Shown: positions 1 to 11,277 of the stretch, one piece after another
Numbering within the stretch: the first letter of the stretch is position 1
Layout: each line of letters opens with the position of its first letter
Origin: Octopus bimaculoides
Taxonomy: Eukaryota
DNA length: 53,110 nt
Assembly (NCBI RefSeq): GCF_001194135.2
Contig: NC_069004.1
Span: 5,375,417 to 5,428,526 of the forward strand
Direction: 5' to 3'
Made by a program: the position numbers and the translations under genes
Notes under the pieces: model-generated
Told to the model about the DNA's origin: nothing
Seen by the model: only the letters and a program-made list of their open reading frames with translations
Database searches by the model: none

Positions 1-439
1 CACAAATTAAATCGGTGCCATGGAGGAATGTAGTGGCGGACAAAAAACAAGACAGGAAAACAAACGGAAAAGGCCATGCGGCCAGACGTGAAAAATTATG
101 TGTATATGAACGCTGTGAGGCACGAACTTGAAAGTGGGGATGGAGTAAGTTCGCATGTTTGCTCGGCGATAGCCAAGGAAGAAAAGGATTATTGACCGGA
201 AGCATGTGACCATGCAGGGGTAAGGGAGAGAGAGAGTGAGTGGTAGAGGGAGAAACAAAGGGAGGAAGTAGAAGAATAGGTGAGCAACGAGAGAAAGAGA
301 GGAATATAGTAGTAACGGGAGGAAGTACGAGGGGGGAAGAGAGATATATAGTAGTAACAGAAGGAAGAATGAGAGGGGTAAAGAGAGACACGTAGTAGTA
401 ACAGAGGAAGAACAAGAGGGGGAAAAAGTGATAGAGATA

Positions 440-542
440 GAGTAGCGTCGTGTGTTTGTGTATGTAATTGTATTTGTGTGTATGTCTGTATATGTGTGTG
501 TGTGTGTAACTGTCTGCGTATGTATTTATATGTTTGTATGTA

Positions 543-579
<37 letters not shown>

Positions 580-580
580 C
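440..580. repeat. Compound (TG)n/(TATG)n microsatellite
   Basis: Directly visible TG and TATG runs; source of the spurious VCVC/THTH ORFs. Confidence 0.95.
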
Positions 581-1179
581 TCTGTATTCTTTTATTCATT
601 AATTTTTTTATTTGTTTGTCATTTCACAGTGGTCATGCTGGAGCATCACCTTGTGGTGATGGTGGTTGGGGTGGGGAGTATAACAGGATTGATTTTTAAC
701 ATAGCTGGGGTGGGAGGGGCAGTGGAGTAAAATAGGAACCGAAGGGGTCCATGAGCAATAAATAGTTGAGAAGCACTGGTTTAGAGTGAGATTATTTTTC
801 TCCATGGCAAACTGCAGTGAAAAGGGCCTTTTTATTGGTGAAATATCTCTCAAATATAGTTGAACTGGTTTAAAAATATATAACTATATATATATATATA
901 TATATATTGACATGATGTATGTATGTATAACTATATATATATATATAACATGATGTATGTAGAGAGAGGATTGTATTGGAAATGAATGGAGATGTACTTT
1001 GTGTTATAGAGAGAGAGAGAGAGGCCACCACTATAGATTGCCACTCCACATTTTCAATCCACACTTGGTGTCAAATATATCTGACATGCAGTTAAGATTT
1101 GTAATATAATTTTAGGTGGGGAAGAAGTGGGGTGGGGTGTTTTCAGATTTAAATTTCTAAAGAAAGATTTTCCTCTTAC

Positions 1180-1710
1180 TCTCCATCTCCCCCCCTCTCT
1201 CTCTCTCTCTTTCTCTCACACATACATGTCTCTCTATCCATTCCTCTCTCTCTGGCTCACCCCTCACCATTCCTCTCTGACACCATTCCACTTCTCGCCC
1301 CTCCCCCCATCTTCTTCACTATCTCCTCTGCCTTTCCCTCATTCAGCCTCTACCACTCGCCATCTCTCCTCTCTCATGTATACTACTCTCTCTCTCTCTC
1401 ACACACACTTCATCTCTCTTCTCTTCTCTCATGCACACCTCTCTCTATTCCTCTTGCTCACAATTCCACTCACTCTCTCTCTCTCTCTCTCATTCACACT
1501 TTCCTTTCTTTCTCTCCCTTTACTCTCCTTGTGTATCTCCCACTATCTCTCTCCTCCTCCCCCTCAAGCCACACCTCTCTCTATTCCTCTCACACATTCT
1601 CCCTTCTACTCTCTATTTCCTCACACACTTCTCTATTCCTCTCTCACTAACACAATATCACCCCCCCTCTCACATACTCCTTTCCCCCTCCCCTCTCTCT
1701 TTCTCACATC
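1180..1710. repeat. (CT)n-rich polypyrimidine low-complexity tract
   Basis: About 530 nt of almost only C/T with (CT)n runs. Confidence 0.9.
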
Positions 1711-2208
1711 TATTTTTACTTGCCAATATGACAGTACTTTTTATTAATTCTACAAAAATACTGTTTCCTTTAATCTTTCACTATTTTGCCTTTTGTTATT
1801 ATTATTATTATTAGCATTATCATTATTATTATTATTATTTCCTTTCTCAGGGGTTCTTAGAATATTCTGAGATTGATGTCTTCGGGAGGAAATTACAACA
1901 CAATTCTATATATATATATATATATATATACATACATATATTTATCTGCCTTTCTGTCTCTCTCTCCATTTCTTCCTTCCTTCCTTCTTTCTTTCCTTGC
2001 CAATATATATTTCCCATCAGCCCTATTTCTTCAATTATTCCATACACATATCTCCCAGACTCTCCATCAATATACTAACAGACTGTCTCACTCGGAATAA
2101 TGTTGATTAATTTTTTGGTTATTTCATTTATTCGCTCTCTTGGAACATATCTTCCCTTCTGATTGTGATGTAAGAATCTCTCTCTCTCTCTTTCTATATA
2201 TATATGAG

Positions 2209-2410
2209 ACCGCATGTGTATCGTTGGCGATTTTCTTTCTCCGTCTTTCCTTCTTTGGACTTTTTCTATATTTTCTGACGAAGAGCTCCGCTTGAAACGT
2301 GAAATCTTCTTTCTTTTCTTTCCTTTTCTGAGTGTCCAATAACACAGTACTTGTACCACGTCCTCGCGTTGTTGTTTTTTCTTGCTTGTTCTTGTTTGGA
2401 TTGACTATAT
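2209..2410 (+). mobile_element. Penelope-like (pLTR-type) repeat fragment with degenerate hammerhead core
   Basis: CTGACGAAGAGCTCCGCTTGAAACGT at 2275-2300 is the CTGANGA...GAAACGT motif typical of PLE termini. About 95 nt is shared in inverted orientation with 48391-48485. Confidence 0.55.
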
Positions 2411-2417
2411 ATTATTA

Positions 2418-2914
2418 TCATCATCATCGTTTAACGTCCACTTTCCATGCTAGCATGGGTTGGACGATTTGACTGAGGACTGGCGGACCAGAAGGCTGCA
2501 CCAGGCTCCAATCTGATCTGGCAGAGTTTCTACAGCTGGATGCCCTTCCTAACGCCAACCACTCTGAGAGTGTAGTGGGTGCTTTTATGTGCCACCGGCA
2601 TGAGGGCCAGTCACACGGTACTGGCAACGGCCATGCTCAAAAAGGTGTTTTTTATGTGCCACCTCGCTTGAAGGATTTTCTAACATGCCCGATTACACTC
2701 AAATGGTGCTATTTATGGGCCACTAGCACGGAAGCCAGACAGCTGCTCTGGCATTGAACACGCTCGACAGTGCTCGGGCGACACATGAAGTCTTTCGAGC
2801 GGGATCGTTGCCAGTGCCCCTGGATTGGCTCATGTGTGGGCGACACATGAAATCTTCCTAGCGGGATCGTTGCTGGTGCTCCTGGGCTGGCTCTTGTGCG
2901 GGTGACACATGAGG
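2418..2914 (-). mobile_element. RTE-LINE 3' end (family A), (GAT)n tail at left, with ~55-bp subrepeats; distal part inverted; runs into a gap
   Basis: catcatcatcgtttaacgtccactttccatgctagcatgggttggacg...gatgcccttcctaacgccaaccactc, shared with more than 10 copies in the window and linked to an RTE ORF at 49850-49992. Confidence 0.85.
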
Positions 2915-3034
2915 NNNNNNNNNNNNNNNNNNNNNNNNNNNNNNNNNNNNNNNNNNNNNNNNNNNNNNNNNNNNNNNNNNNNNNNNNNNNNNNNNNNNNN
3001 NNNNNNNNNNNNNNNNNNNNNNNNNNNATATATA

Positions 3035-3475
3035 CAGGTCGTTGTCGACTTACAACCGATTGACTTTACGATGATTGGTGCACCAGCTCCCAGCAGCAGT
3101 AATAAACAGTCCAGTTGAAATCTAATTGGTTTAATTTCTTGGAAATTGACCCATCTACGGATAATGTCAGCTAACAAACGCTTACTCTAGGTTTGGTTTC
3201 CGATCGCCACAGTGGTTATCCCAAGTGTTGGATGAATATCCTGTTGCAGAGACATTGAGGCACTGTCGTATTTGTTTATTAGACGACTGCTTGAGACTCC
3301 GAACAAATAAACACTGTTGTAGTATAATACAGAATGGTGTGTGTGACCCTTACCTGAGAATGTACCTTGAGAATGTAAACATATAAAACAAAGCTATGTA
3401 GGCATATAGGCCGACTTACGACCAATTTGACTTATGACCAGTCAGTCGGAACCAATTGTGTTTGTAAGTGTTTGT
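3035..3475. mobile_element. Degenerate Tigger/pogo-like (TcMar) non-autonomous element
   Basis: Left end TA-CAGGTCGTTGTCGACTTACAACC; right region GACTTACGACC...GACTTATGACCAGTCAGTCGGAACC...GTAAGT, both matching the Tigger terminal style; right TIR is eroded. Confidence 0.55.
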
Positions 3476-3490
3476 AGGTCGAATTAAAGA

Positions 3491-3600
3491 ATACGATGGG
3501 CTTCTTTCAGTTTCTATCTATCAAATCCACTCTCAAGGATTTTGTTGGTTCAATAATTGAAGACACTTGCTCAAGGTGTTACGCAGTGGACCACACTGCA
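3491..3600 (-). mobile_element. tRNA-derived SINE family B fragment
   Basis: gggcttctttcagtttc...aaatccact...gaagacacttgctcaagg, homologous to 29980-30143. Confidence 0.75.
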
Positions 3601-3859
3601 ATGTATTGGGCATAAGGACCACAACGCAACATATATGCATACATGCACGCAAAATTTTTTAGCAAAAGTATCAGGCATGTGTCATTCTCTGTGTGCCTGT
3701 CTGTCTGTCTGTATGTATGTGTGTATACATGTATGTGCAAGTGCTTGCATATGTTTGCATAAATGTGCGTGTGTGTGTGTCTGTGTATGTGTGTTGCATC
3801 ATCATCAGTGTCATTTAATATCTGTCTTCTTTGCTGGCTTAGGTTAGACTAATTGTATA

Positions 3860-3872
3860 TATGTATGTATGC

Positions 3873-3922
<50 letters not shown>

Positions 3923-4127
3923 AAATAGATAATCCTCATCATATGTCTGTTTTAAATGATGATGATAATCTATAAGCACACACACACACACACACTTATA
4001 TATGCATATATATATAAACATACATACAAATATATGTACACACATATATATATATATACATGCGCACATACATGCATACACACACAAACACACACATATA
4101 TATATATATATACACACATACAAATGC

Positions 4128-4160
<33 letters not shown>

Positions 4161-4480
4161 CACACTCATACGTGCACACAAACATATATATACATATATA
4201 TATACACACGCACATGCATATACATATATATATATATACACACACACATGCATGCACACATGCATGCACACACACACTTACACATGCATATATATATATA
4301 CACATATATACACACGCACATGCATATACATATATATATATACACACACACATGCATGCACACACGCATGCACACACACTTAAACATGCATATATACATA
4401 TATATATATATGAATAAACATACATGCAAATATATGTACACACATACATGCATACACACACATGCACACATATATGCATA
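3860..4480. repeat. Compound (TG)/(CA)/(TA) microsatellite with higher-order duplications
   Basis: Directly visible; a block of ~70-80 nt is repeated at about 4198-4275 and 4300-4380. Confidence 0.95.
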
Positions 4481-5282
4481 TTATCTGGATATATATTTTT
4501 TATTACAAGCTTTTAGCTGTACCATTTACGCTCAACTTTAAAGACCAATTTCACTTGGGGAAAGGATTCCTTTCTCAATAATCCTTCTTCTAAATATTCC
4601 CATCATGCACCTACATTTCCTCAATTCCCCACCTTCTCTCTCCGCCTCCCATTCCGCTCCTTCCAGCCACCTCTACCCCACACCCCGCCGCCACTCTCCA
4701 ACACCTTTATATCGTACCTGTACCTGACGATGCAATCTATAAAACTTCGGCTCTACCTGCCTCTTTTATCAAGTACTTATCTGCAGCATTCTATCCCATT
4801 ATTTATCCGCCATACCATTCCACCACTAACAAGCTTCCACCACCGCCACAACTACAACCACCGCTGCTGCCGCCACTTCTACAACATACACCATGCTGTT
4901 CATCATTCATTTGGTTTCTAGGTGACACTTCCCCCCCCCCGTCCCCTCCTTCCACACCGTCTCCTCCCACCCTCACCGTCTTCTACTCTTCTCCAATTTG
5001 TCCCTGCTAATGGTTCTCTCATCTGTTGCCCTTGTCACAATTATAAAGCAAGAATTACCATTATTATTGATTTCTTTTGTTTGTTTTTTAATCAGTCAAA
5101 CTCCATCCTTAATANNNNNNNNNNNNNNNNNNNNNNNNNNNNNNNNNNNNNNNNNNNNNNNNNNNNNNNNNNNNNNNNNNNNNNNNNNNNNNNNNNNNNN
5201 NNNNNNNNNNNNNNNNNNNNNNNNNNNNNNNNNNNNNNNNNNNNNNNNNNNNNNTTATTATTATTATTATTATTGTTAACGT

Positions 5283-5679
5283 GGTGAGCTAGCTGAATGG
5301 TTAGCACGCCGGGCAAAATGCTTAGTGGTATTTCATGTGTCTTTACATTCAGAGTTCAAATTCCACTAAGGCCGACTTGGCCTTTCATCCTTTCGGGGTT
5401 GATGAAATAAATACCAGTTACGTACTGGGGTCAATGTAATCGATTTAATCCCTTCCCCAAAATGTGAGGCCTTGTGCTTCCAGTAGAAATGTTGTCCCCC
5501 CCCCCCAGCTTGACAACAGATGTTGGTGTGTTTATATCCCTGTAATTTAGCAGTTCGGCAAAAAGAGACCGATAGGATAAATACTAGGATTACAAAGAAG
5601 TCCTGGGGTCAATTTCTTCAACTAAAACTTTTTAAGGTGATGGTGCTCCAGCATGGCCGCTGTCTAATGACTGAAACAA
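5283..5679 (+). mobile_element. tRNA-derived SINE family C followed by tail module D
   Basis: Head GGTGAGCTAGCTGAATGGTTAGCACG...GAGTTCAAATTCC (A/B boxes), central GCCTTTCATCCTTTCGGGGT...ATAAA..ACCAG (Meta/MESC-like domain, name unverified), then tail ending GGTGCTCCAGCATGGCCGC...GACTGAAAC. Confidence 0.85.
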
Positions 5680-5682
5680 TGT

Positions 5683-5925
5683 TCCTCAGCCCTTTTTTAA
5701 CCTATGGACTCTTCATTGATTCTTCTTTTACTAGGAGGGACCCTAATAATCCCATTTTACTAGGAGGGACCCTTATAATCATTCAATGTTTCATAAAACC
5801 TTATTGTATATCTATAACTCATTTGTGTATTGTAGAAGTAAATCCAATTTATTGCAGATAAATTTTGACTAGAAAATTTCACATGAACCCGTAAGGGTCA
5901 TACAAACCCTGGTTATAAACCACTG
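5683..5925. mobile_element. hAT-like MITE remnant
   Basis: Ends GAACCCGTAAGGGTC...GGTTATAAACCACTG; the same end motif occurs at 33500-33542 and 736-778. Confidence 0.5.
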
Positions 5926-6074
5926 CATTAAAAGATGATGGGATTTGCAGCAGGTTTTTCTCATAGAGAAGAAAGTATTTTCTATAGATTTTGTGCTTAT
6001 ACTTAGAAATTATTTTCTGAGTTGAATTTTTTTTCAATGTTCAGATCTGTTAAATATTCAATTTTTGTAAATTA

Positions 6075-6110
6075 CTTAATTTTCTTTTTTCTTTTCTTTT
6101 GTAGGTAAGT
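6075..6110 (+). promoter_or_regulatory. Candidate recursive splice site (3' splice site immediately followed by a 5' splice site)
   Basis: cTTAAT branch-like motif, ~20-nt pure T/C tract at 6081-6100, then TAG|GTAAGT (AG at 6103-6104). Confidence 0.4.
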
Positions 6111-6229
6111 GGAATCTTTCATACTTTACCAAAGTGAAACATTTCGAGAGTTGAATTTCAGGATATCTATCAGGTCTGGTTTCATAATACATATATACAT
6201 ACACATACACACACATATTCACATATACA

Positions 6230-6798
6230 CAGACATGCAGGAAGTAAATAGACACCTTTAATTTTCAAAATCTTTTATCTGATATTAATTGGTTGAAGCG
6301 GAGGTTTTCTTCTAGCTGCTTGTCCATAATACCAAAACTTATGCAGATATGTAACACATGTTCTTGGACTAACTTCGACCTATTTTGCAATGTCAGAAGC
6401 CTTCGAACGGGGTTCGTTTTCCACCATTCTCTTCAAACAGTGAAGCTTCCTTTCTGAGGGCCCAGGTCGGCCCGGACGAGAATCTGTTGATTCTTTTTGC
6501 TTGGCTTCTGAATTGCACTATAATTCTATTAACAGCAGCAAGAGGAATTTGAAGACTTTTCGGCAATTTTTCACTGGCTAAGACCAGCCTCAGATTGCCC
6601 AACAATACAACCTCTTTGAAAATCTGACCGTTCTGCTGAATTTTTTGTGTATGGCATGGATACTCTTCACAAATATTTAATACAATGACACCTGGAATGG
6701 AAAAGAATAATTACATTGTAAATTCTACACCTCTGAAAACATTAAGACGCTTAGAAATTTTGTAAATTAAAGGTGTCTATTTACTTCCTGCATGTCTG
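6230..6798 (-). mobile_element. Internally deleted Tc1-family DNA transposon (569 bp)
   Basis: TIRs 6230-6271 and 6757-6798 (first 35 bp identical: CAGACATGCAGGAAGTAAATAGACACCTTTAATTT; 41/42 overall); TA at the right end, CA at the left; contains a transposase N-terminal relic. Confidence 0.92.
6272..6657 (-). pseudogene. Tc1 transposase N-terminal DNA-binding region, disrupted
   Basis: Conceptual translation across 2 frameshifts and internal stops: MPYTKNSAERSDFQRGCIVGQSEAGLSQ*KIAEK/LQIPLAAVNRIIVQFRSQAK/ESTDSRPGRPGPSERKLHCLKRMVENEPRSKASDIAK*VEVSPRTCVTYLHKFWYYGQAARRKP. It shows the GRP motif, the second HTH and the ..ARRKP signature of Tc1; the DDE domain is absent. Confidence 0.9.
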
Positions 6799-6812
6799 TA
6801 TATATACACACA

Positions 6813-6860
<48 letters not shown>

Positions 6861-7234
6861 CAAACACATGCAAGCAATATCAAACACACATACGCAAGGT
6901 GTTTTGTCTGTTTGTGGACAGGGTGTAATTGTTCACATAAGAGAATATATTCTCATGAATTTGCCTGGTATTAAAACATCTGGAAGTCAGAGACAAGCAA
7001 GATAACTTGCAGCAGGTCCCATTACATATATACAACTATAGATACACACACACATAACAGCAGATGGATAATGTGTCAATTCACTACAGCTGTTTCCAGC
7101 ACATTTTTAATTGATCAATAAAGACATTACATCATTTGTAAAAACTGTTTGCATCAGGTAAATACATGAACTACAACATTTAAAAACATTAAAAAATCAA
7201 CCACATATAAACCTTCATGACTCTACCAGCCTTG

Positions 7235-7289
<55 letters not shown>

Positions 7290-7542
7290 AACACTCACCA
7301 TTTTTACTCATGTGTATGTCATATTATTTTATGTGATTTTAACTGGAAAAGAAAAACTGGGATGCGACTTATACACAAGATAACTTCGAATTTGAATGGA
7401 AAATTTTATACTACGATTTAAGACTGATATAGTGGAGTGATTTATACACTGTAGATATGGCATATTTATGGTATATTTGTTGTATGTGTGGGATATTTAC
7501 ATTGAGTTTGGATGTACACACATCAATACACATATTGTTGAT

Positions 7543-7715
7543 CACCCACTACACTCTCTGAGTGGTTGGCGTTAGGAAGGGCATCCAGCTGTAGAAACTC
7601 TGCCAAATTAGACTGGAGCCTGGTGTTGCCATCCGGTTTCACCAGTCCTCAGTCAAATCGTCCAACCCATGCTAGCATGGAAAGCGGACGTTAAACGATG
7701 ATGATGATGATGATG
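7543..7715 (+). mobile_element. RTE-LINE 3' end (family A)
   Basis: GAGTGGTTGGCGTTAGGAAGGGCATCCAGCTGTAGAAAC...GGACGTTAAACGATGATGATG. Confidence 0.9.
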
Positions 7716-7763
7716 AATATTTAAACACAAATGCATAAACACTCACACACGCATGTACGTTAT

Positions 7764-7942
7764 TCAAATGCTGGATTATTCATCGGTAATTTTACAACAA
7801 ATAATTTCATTGTAATCAGTTCTCCAGGAAATGATTTATTTTCATTATTGTAATTAAGGTGGATTAAAAAACCATTACCTAAAGAACTGATGATGGTGAA
7901 ACTATTCATTGTAGTGCAGCTGAAGGATAATCCAGCTTTTGA
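7764..7942. repeat. Decayed fold-back inverted repeat (~68-nt arms), probably an old MITE
   Basis: Left arm tcaaatgctggattattc...atcagttctccaggaaatg aligns with the reverse complement of the right arm cattacctaaagaactgat...ggataatccagcttttga. Confidence 0.65.
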
Positions 7943-8464
7943 CTTATAGTTTTTTTTTTGTATTGGCTTTTCTGTTGTATAAGACTATTTTATTGTATAT
8001 ATTAAGTGCTAACACACATAATGTTATGAGAAACAAACACTAATTAATCACTAATTCTATTTTAATTGAGGTGAAGTGAACATTGGGTCACTGCTTAAGC
8101 CTGCACTAGCTACTCAGGGGAGACCATTTTAAATCACCAATAATTGAAATGTGTTAATAACACAAATAATATTCTTATTAATGAAAATTGCGGATAGGTA
8201 TGTGATGAGGTGGAAAAAAATTGTTCTGATCTTTGTCAGGCATAGTGACAAATTAGTGCATGTTTCTGTCTCATTTGTCCTCTTTAGTAAAATAGAATCT
8301 TTATTTATTCTGTGACTGCCACATCTCTAGTGAAGAATTGTTACATATATGTACTGTAATGCAGACAAATAGGCACATGAACACATTGTGTGTGTGTGTA
8401 TGTGTGTGTGTATTTATTTTTTTGTGTGTGTGATGATATAACAAAAGAAAACCAAAAAGTGTAT

Positions 8465-8555
8465 AGCAGCATGAAGTGTCTTTCTCGAGGGTGCAACATG
8501 CTGCTGGGGATTGAACTCGTGACCTTACGATCGTGAGCTGAATACCCCCAACCAC
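8465..8555 (-). mobile_element. tRNA-derived SINE family G head fragment
   Basis: Reverse strand GTGGTTGGGGTATTCAGCTCACGATCGTAAGGTCACGAGTTCAATCCC (tRNA-like head with B box). Confidence 0.7.
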
Positions 8556-9559
8556 TGATAGGACCTTCCTCTAGAGGATGTTCTTGAGGCCCTCTACAAC
8601 CATGACCCTTTCATGAATAGCGGACAGAGAAGAAGGATGGATCAACATGCTTGGAAAGTAATGAAGAAAAAATGTACAGTCTAATCTGAAACGCAAAGCC
8701 CATAGTTGAAAATACTGCTATGGACACTGTGTTTCAGGATTGATTTGGCCTCATCAGAACAGCATTGTTCGTTATGCCTTTGATCTGTTGTAGTTAATTT
8801 AGCACATACAGAAAGAATTTAGTTAATTTAGCACGTATACAAAGAATTTAGTACAATCTTAGCTAAGGATAATTTACATGAATTAAAAAGAACTAAAAGA
8901 AAATACTCAAAAGGGGCCAGTGATATGAATGTGGTTAAACAAAATGAGCGCCATCTATTGGATGTCATGTATTATAAATTCTTACACCATGGGAATCTAA
9001 TATTTTGAAATCATGTATTATTGTTTCTCATGATTCTTCTGTCCGTTTTCTGAATTCTTCAGTCTGTTCTTTCAATTTCTGTCATTTTCTTCATATATTG
9101 AGTAAGTGTTATTCTAATTAGCTAATTAATTAATTAATTAATTATTCAATTAAGTTATCACTTCTCCAATTAACAACACCTTGTAAATCAAAATGTAAGT
9201 GAGATGCTGACTGAAAAGAGAAGTAAAAAAAAAAAAAAATTAAATCTCTGATCTGTTACTTACGAACAACATGAATCATATTGCAAAAGTTTGTATTGTA
9301 ATGCTATGCTAATTATCCGGGTGTTTGATACTTCTAATGTTGAGGTATTGGGGGTGGAAGGGTGGGTGAGGGGTATTGGAAACGGGGTGGGGCAGAGTTG
9401 GTGGGGAGTGAAATAGGGATTGGTCTTTTGCCTCATCTTTTCCCCTTAATTATCTGTCCCCTTTCCCATCCCCCCCTCTTTTTCTCTTTTGTTTGCTCTC
9501 TATATATTTTACATCTCACACACAGACACATGCACACATGCACACATGCACATACCTGA

Positions 9560-9745
9560 CATTGCGTCGGTTACAACGATGAGGGTTTCACTTGATCGGA
9601 TCACCAGATCACCTCGGTCGTGAAACCAACGTGCAAGTGGCTGAGCACTCCACAGACACCACCTTGTACCCTTAAAACGTAGTTATCAGGGACATTAAGC
9701 ATGACACGGAATGAGACAACGTCGACCCTTTGAATTACAAGTACC
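9560..9745 (+). mobile_element. SINE tail module E without a head
   Basis: Homologous to 15692-15880 (GTGCAAGTGGCTGAGCACTCCACAGACAC...CCCTTTGAATTACA). Confidence 0.75.
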
Positions 9746-9749
9746 GACT

Positions 9750-9870
9750 AGGCTGGAGCAACGTGAAATTAAAGAACCTTGCTCAAGAACATAATGCACC
9801 ACCGGGAATCAAACTCACAACCTTACAATTGTGAGTCAAATAACTTTACTAGTAAACCACTTGCCTTCAC
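9750..9870 (-). mobile_element. SINE family G head fragment
   Basis: ttgctcaagaacataatgca...gggaatcaaactcacaacc...aaaccacttgccttc, homologous to 31730-31826. Confidence 0.7.
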
Positions 9871-9888
9871 ATGTACACACACACACAC

Positions 9889-10125
9889 CATCATCATCAT
9901 CATCAATTAACCTTCATCTTGCCAGCATGGATCAAACAGTTTGACAAAATCTGATAAGTTGAAAGATTGCATTGGACACCAATTTCTGCTTTGGTATGGC
10001 TTCCACGGCTGGATACCCTTTTTAATGCCAACCATTTTACAAAGCTTATTGGGTACCTTGTTTCCTTTTTCCTTGACCCCAGCACTACTGACCACACGTC
10101 CATAGCACCAGAGCTGCGACCTCTC
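9889..10125 (-). mobile_element. Degenerate RTE-LINE 3' end (family A)
   Basis: (CAT)n tail, gccagcatgg, ggctggatacccttttt aatgccaacc. Confidence 0.7.
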
Positions 10126-10248
10126 AATGTGTGGAGAAAGGGAGAAAGTGTCTATCAATCTTTCTCTGATGTCCAAGCTATGTACCTTGTCAAGTAACCG
10201 CTACTTCCTAAGCATGACAAATTATTTACAAGACCACCACCACCATCG

Positions 10249-10279
<31 letters not shown>

Positions 10280-11169
10280 CTCTACTACCTGTTACTTTGG
10301 CTATTTGGATTGTCCTTTGGCATATGGTCATATTTGACCGACAATCTCTCACTTTCTCTCCCTCTCCCGCCTCTCTCGCTTTCCCTCCTCTCTCTTTTCC
10401 CCCCTCTTTCCTCCCTCTCCCCTCCATTTCTCCATCAGATGCCATGTAAAATAGTATTATTTATATAAAGTACACACAGACATTTGTCAATCTAGCGTAT
10501 TAAGCCATCTTAAGATTATGCCCCCCCTCATACACACACACACACACACANNNNNNNNNNNNNNNNNNNNNNNNNNNNNNNNNNNNNNNNNNNNNNNNNN
10601 NNNNNNNNNNNNNNNNNNNNNNNNNNNNNNNNNNNNNNNNNNNNNNNNNNNNNNNNNNNNNNNNNNNNNNNNNNNNNNNNNNNNNNNNNNNNNNNNNNNN
10701 NNNNNNNNNNNNNNNNNNNNNNNNNNNNNNNNNNNNNNNNNNNNNNNNNNNNNNNNNNNNNNNNNNNNNNNNNNNNNNNNNNNNNNNNNNNNNNNNNNNN
10801 NNNNNNNNNNNNNNNNNNNNNNNNNNNNNNNNNNNNNNNNNNNNNNNNNNNNNNNNNNNNNNNNNNNNNNNNNNNNNNNNNNNNNNNNNNNNNNNNNNNN
10901 NNNNNNNNNNNNNNNNNNNNNNNNNNNNNNNNNNNNNNNNNNNNNNNNNNNNNNNNNNNNNNNNNNNNNNNNNNNNNNNNNNNNNNNNNNNNNNNNNNNN
11001 NNNNNNNNNNNNNNNNNNNNNNNNNNNNNNNNNNNNNNNNNNNNNNNNNNNNNNNNNNNNNNNNNNNNNNNNNNNNNNNNNNNNNNNNNNNNNNNNNNNN
11101 NNNNNNNNNNNNNNNNNNNNNNNNNNNNNNNNNNNNNNNNNNNNNNNNNNNNNNNNNNNNNNNNNNNNT

Positions 11170-11246
11170 CCTCTTTATGGCTGTCATGCCAATGTCTTCA
11201 TGCGTGTGTGTGTGTGTGTGTGTGCGAGAGAGATTGTCTTTGTACC

Positions 11247-11277
<31 letters not shown>

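Noticed and set aside
8562-8685. Short open frame DLPLEDVLEALYNHDPF...
   Set aside because: No splice signals or recognisable homology; it adjoins a SINE fragment
9351-9410. G-rich run with G-quadruplex potential
   Set aside because: Such G-tracts are common in this low-complexity background (also about 705-720 and 17160-17175), and nothing indicates function
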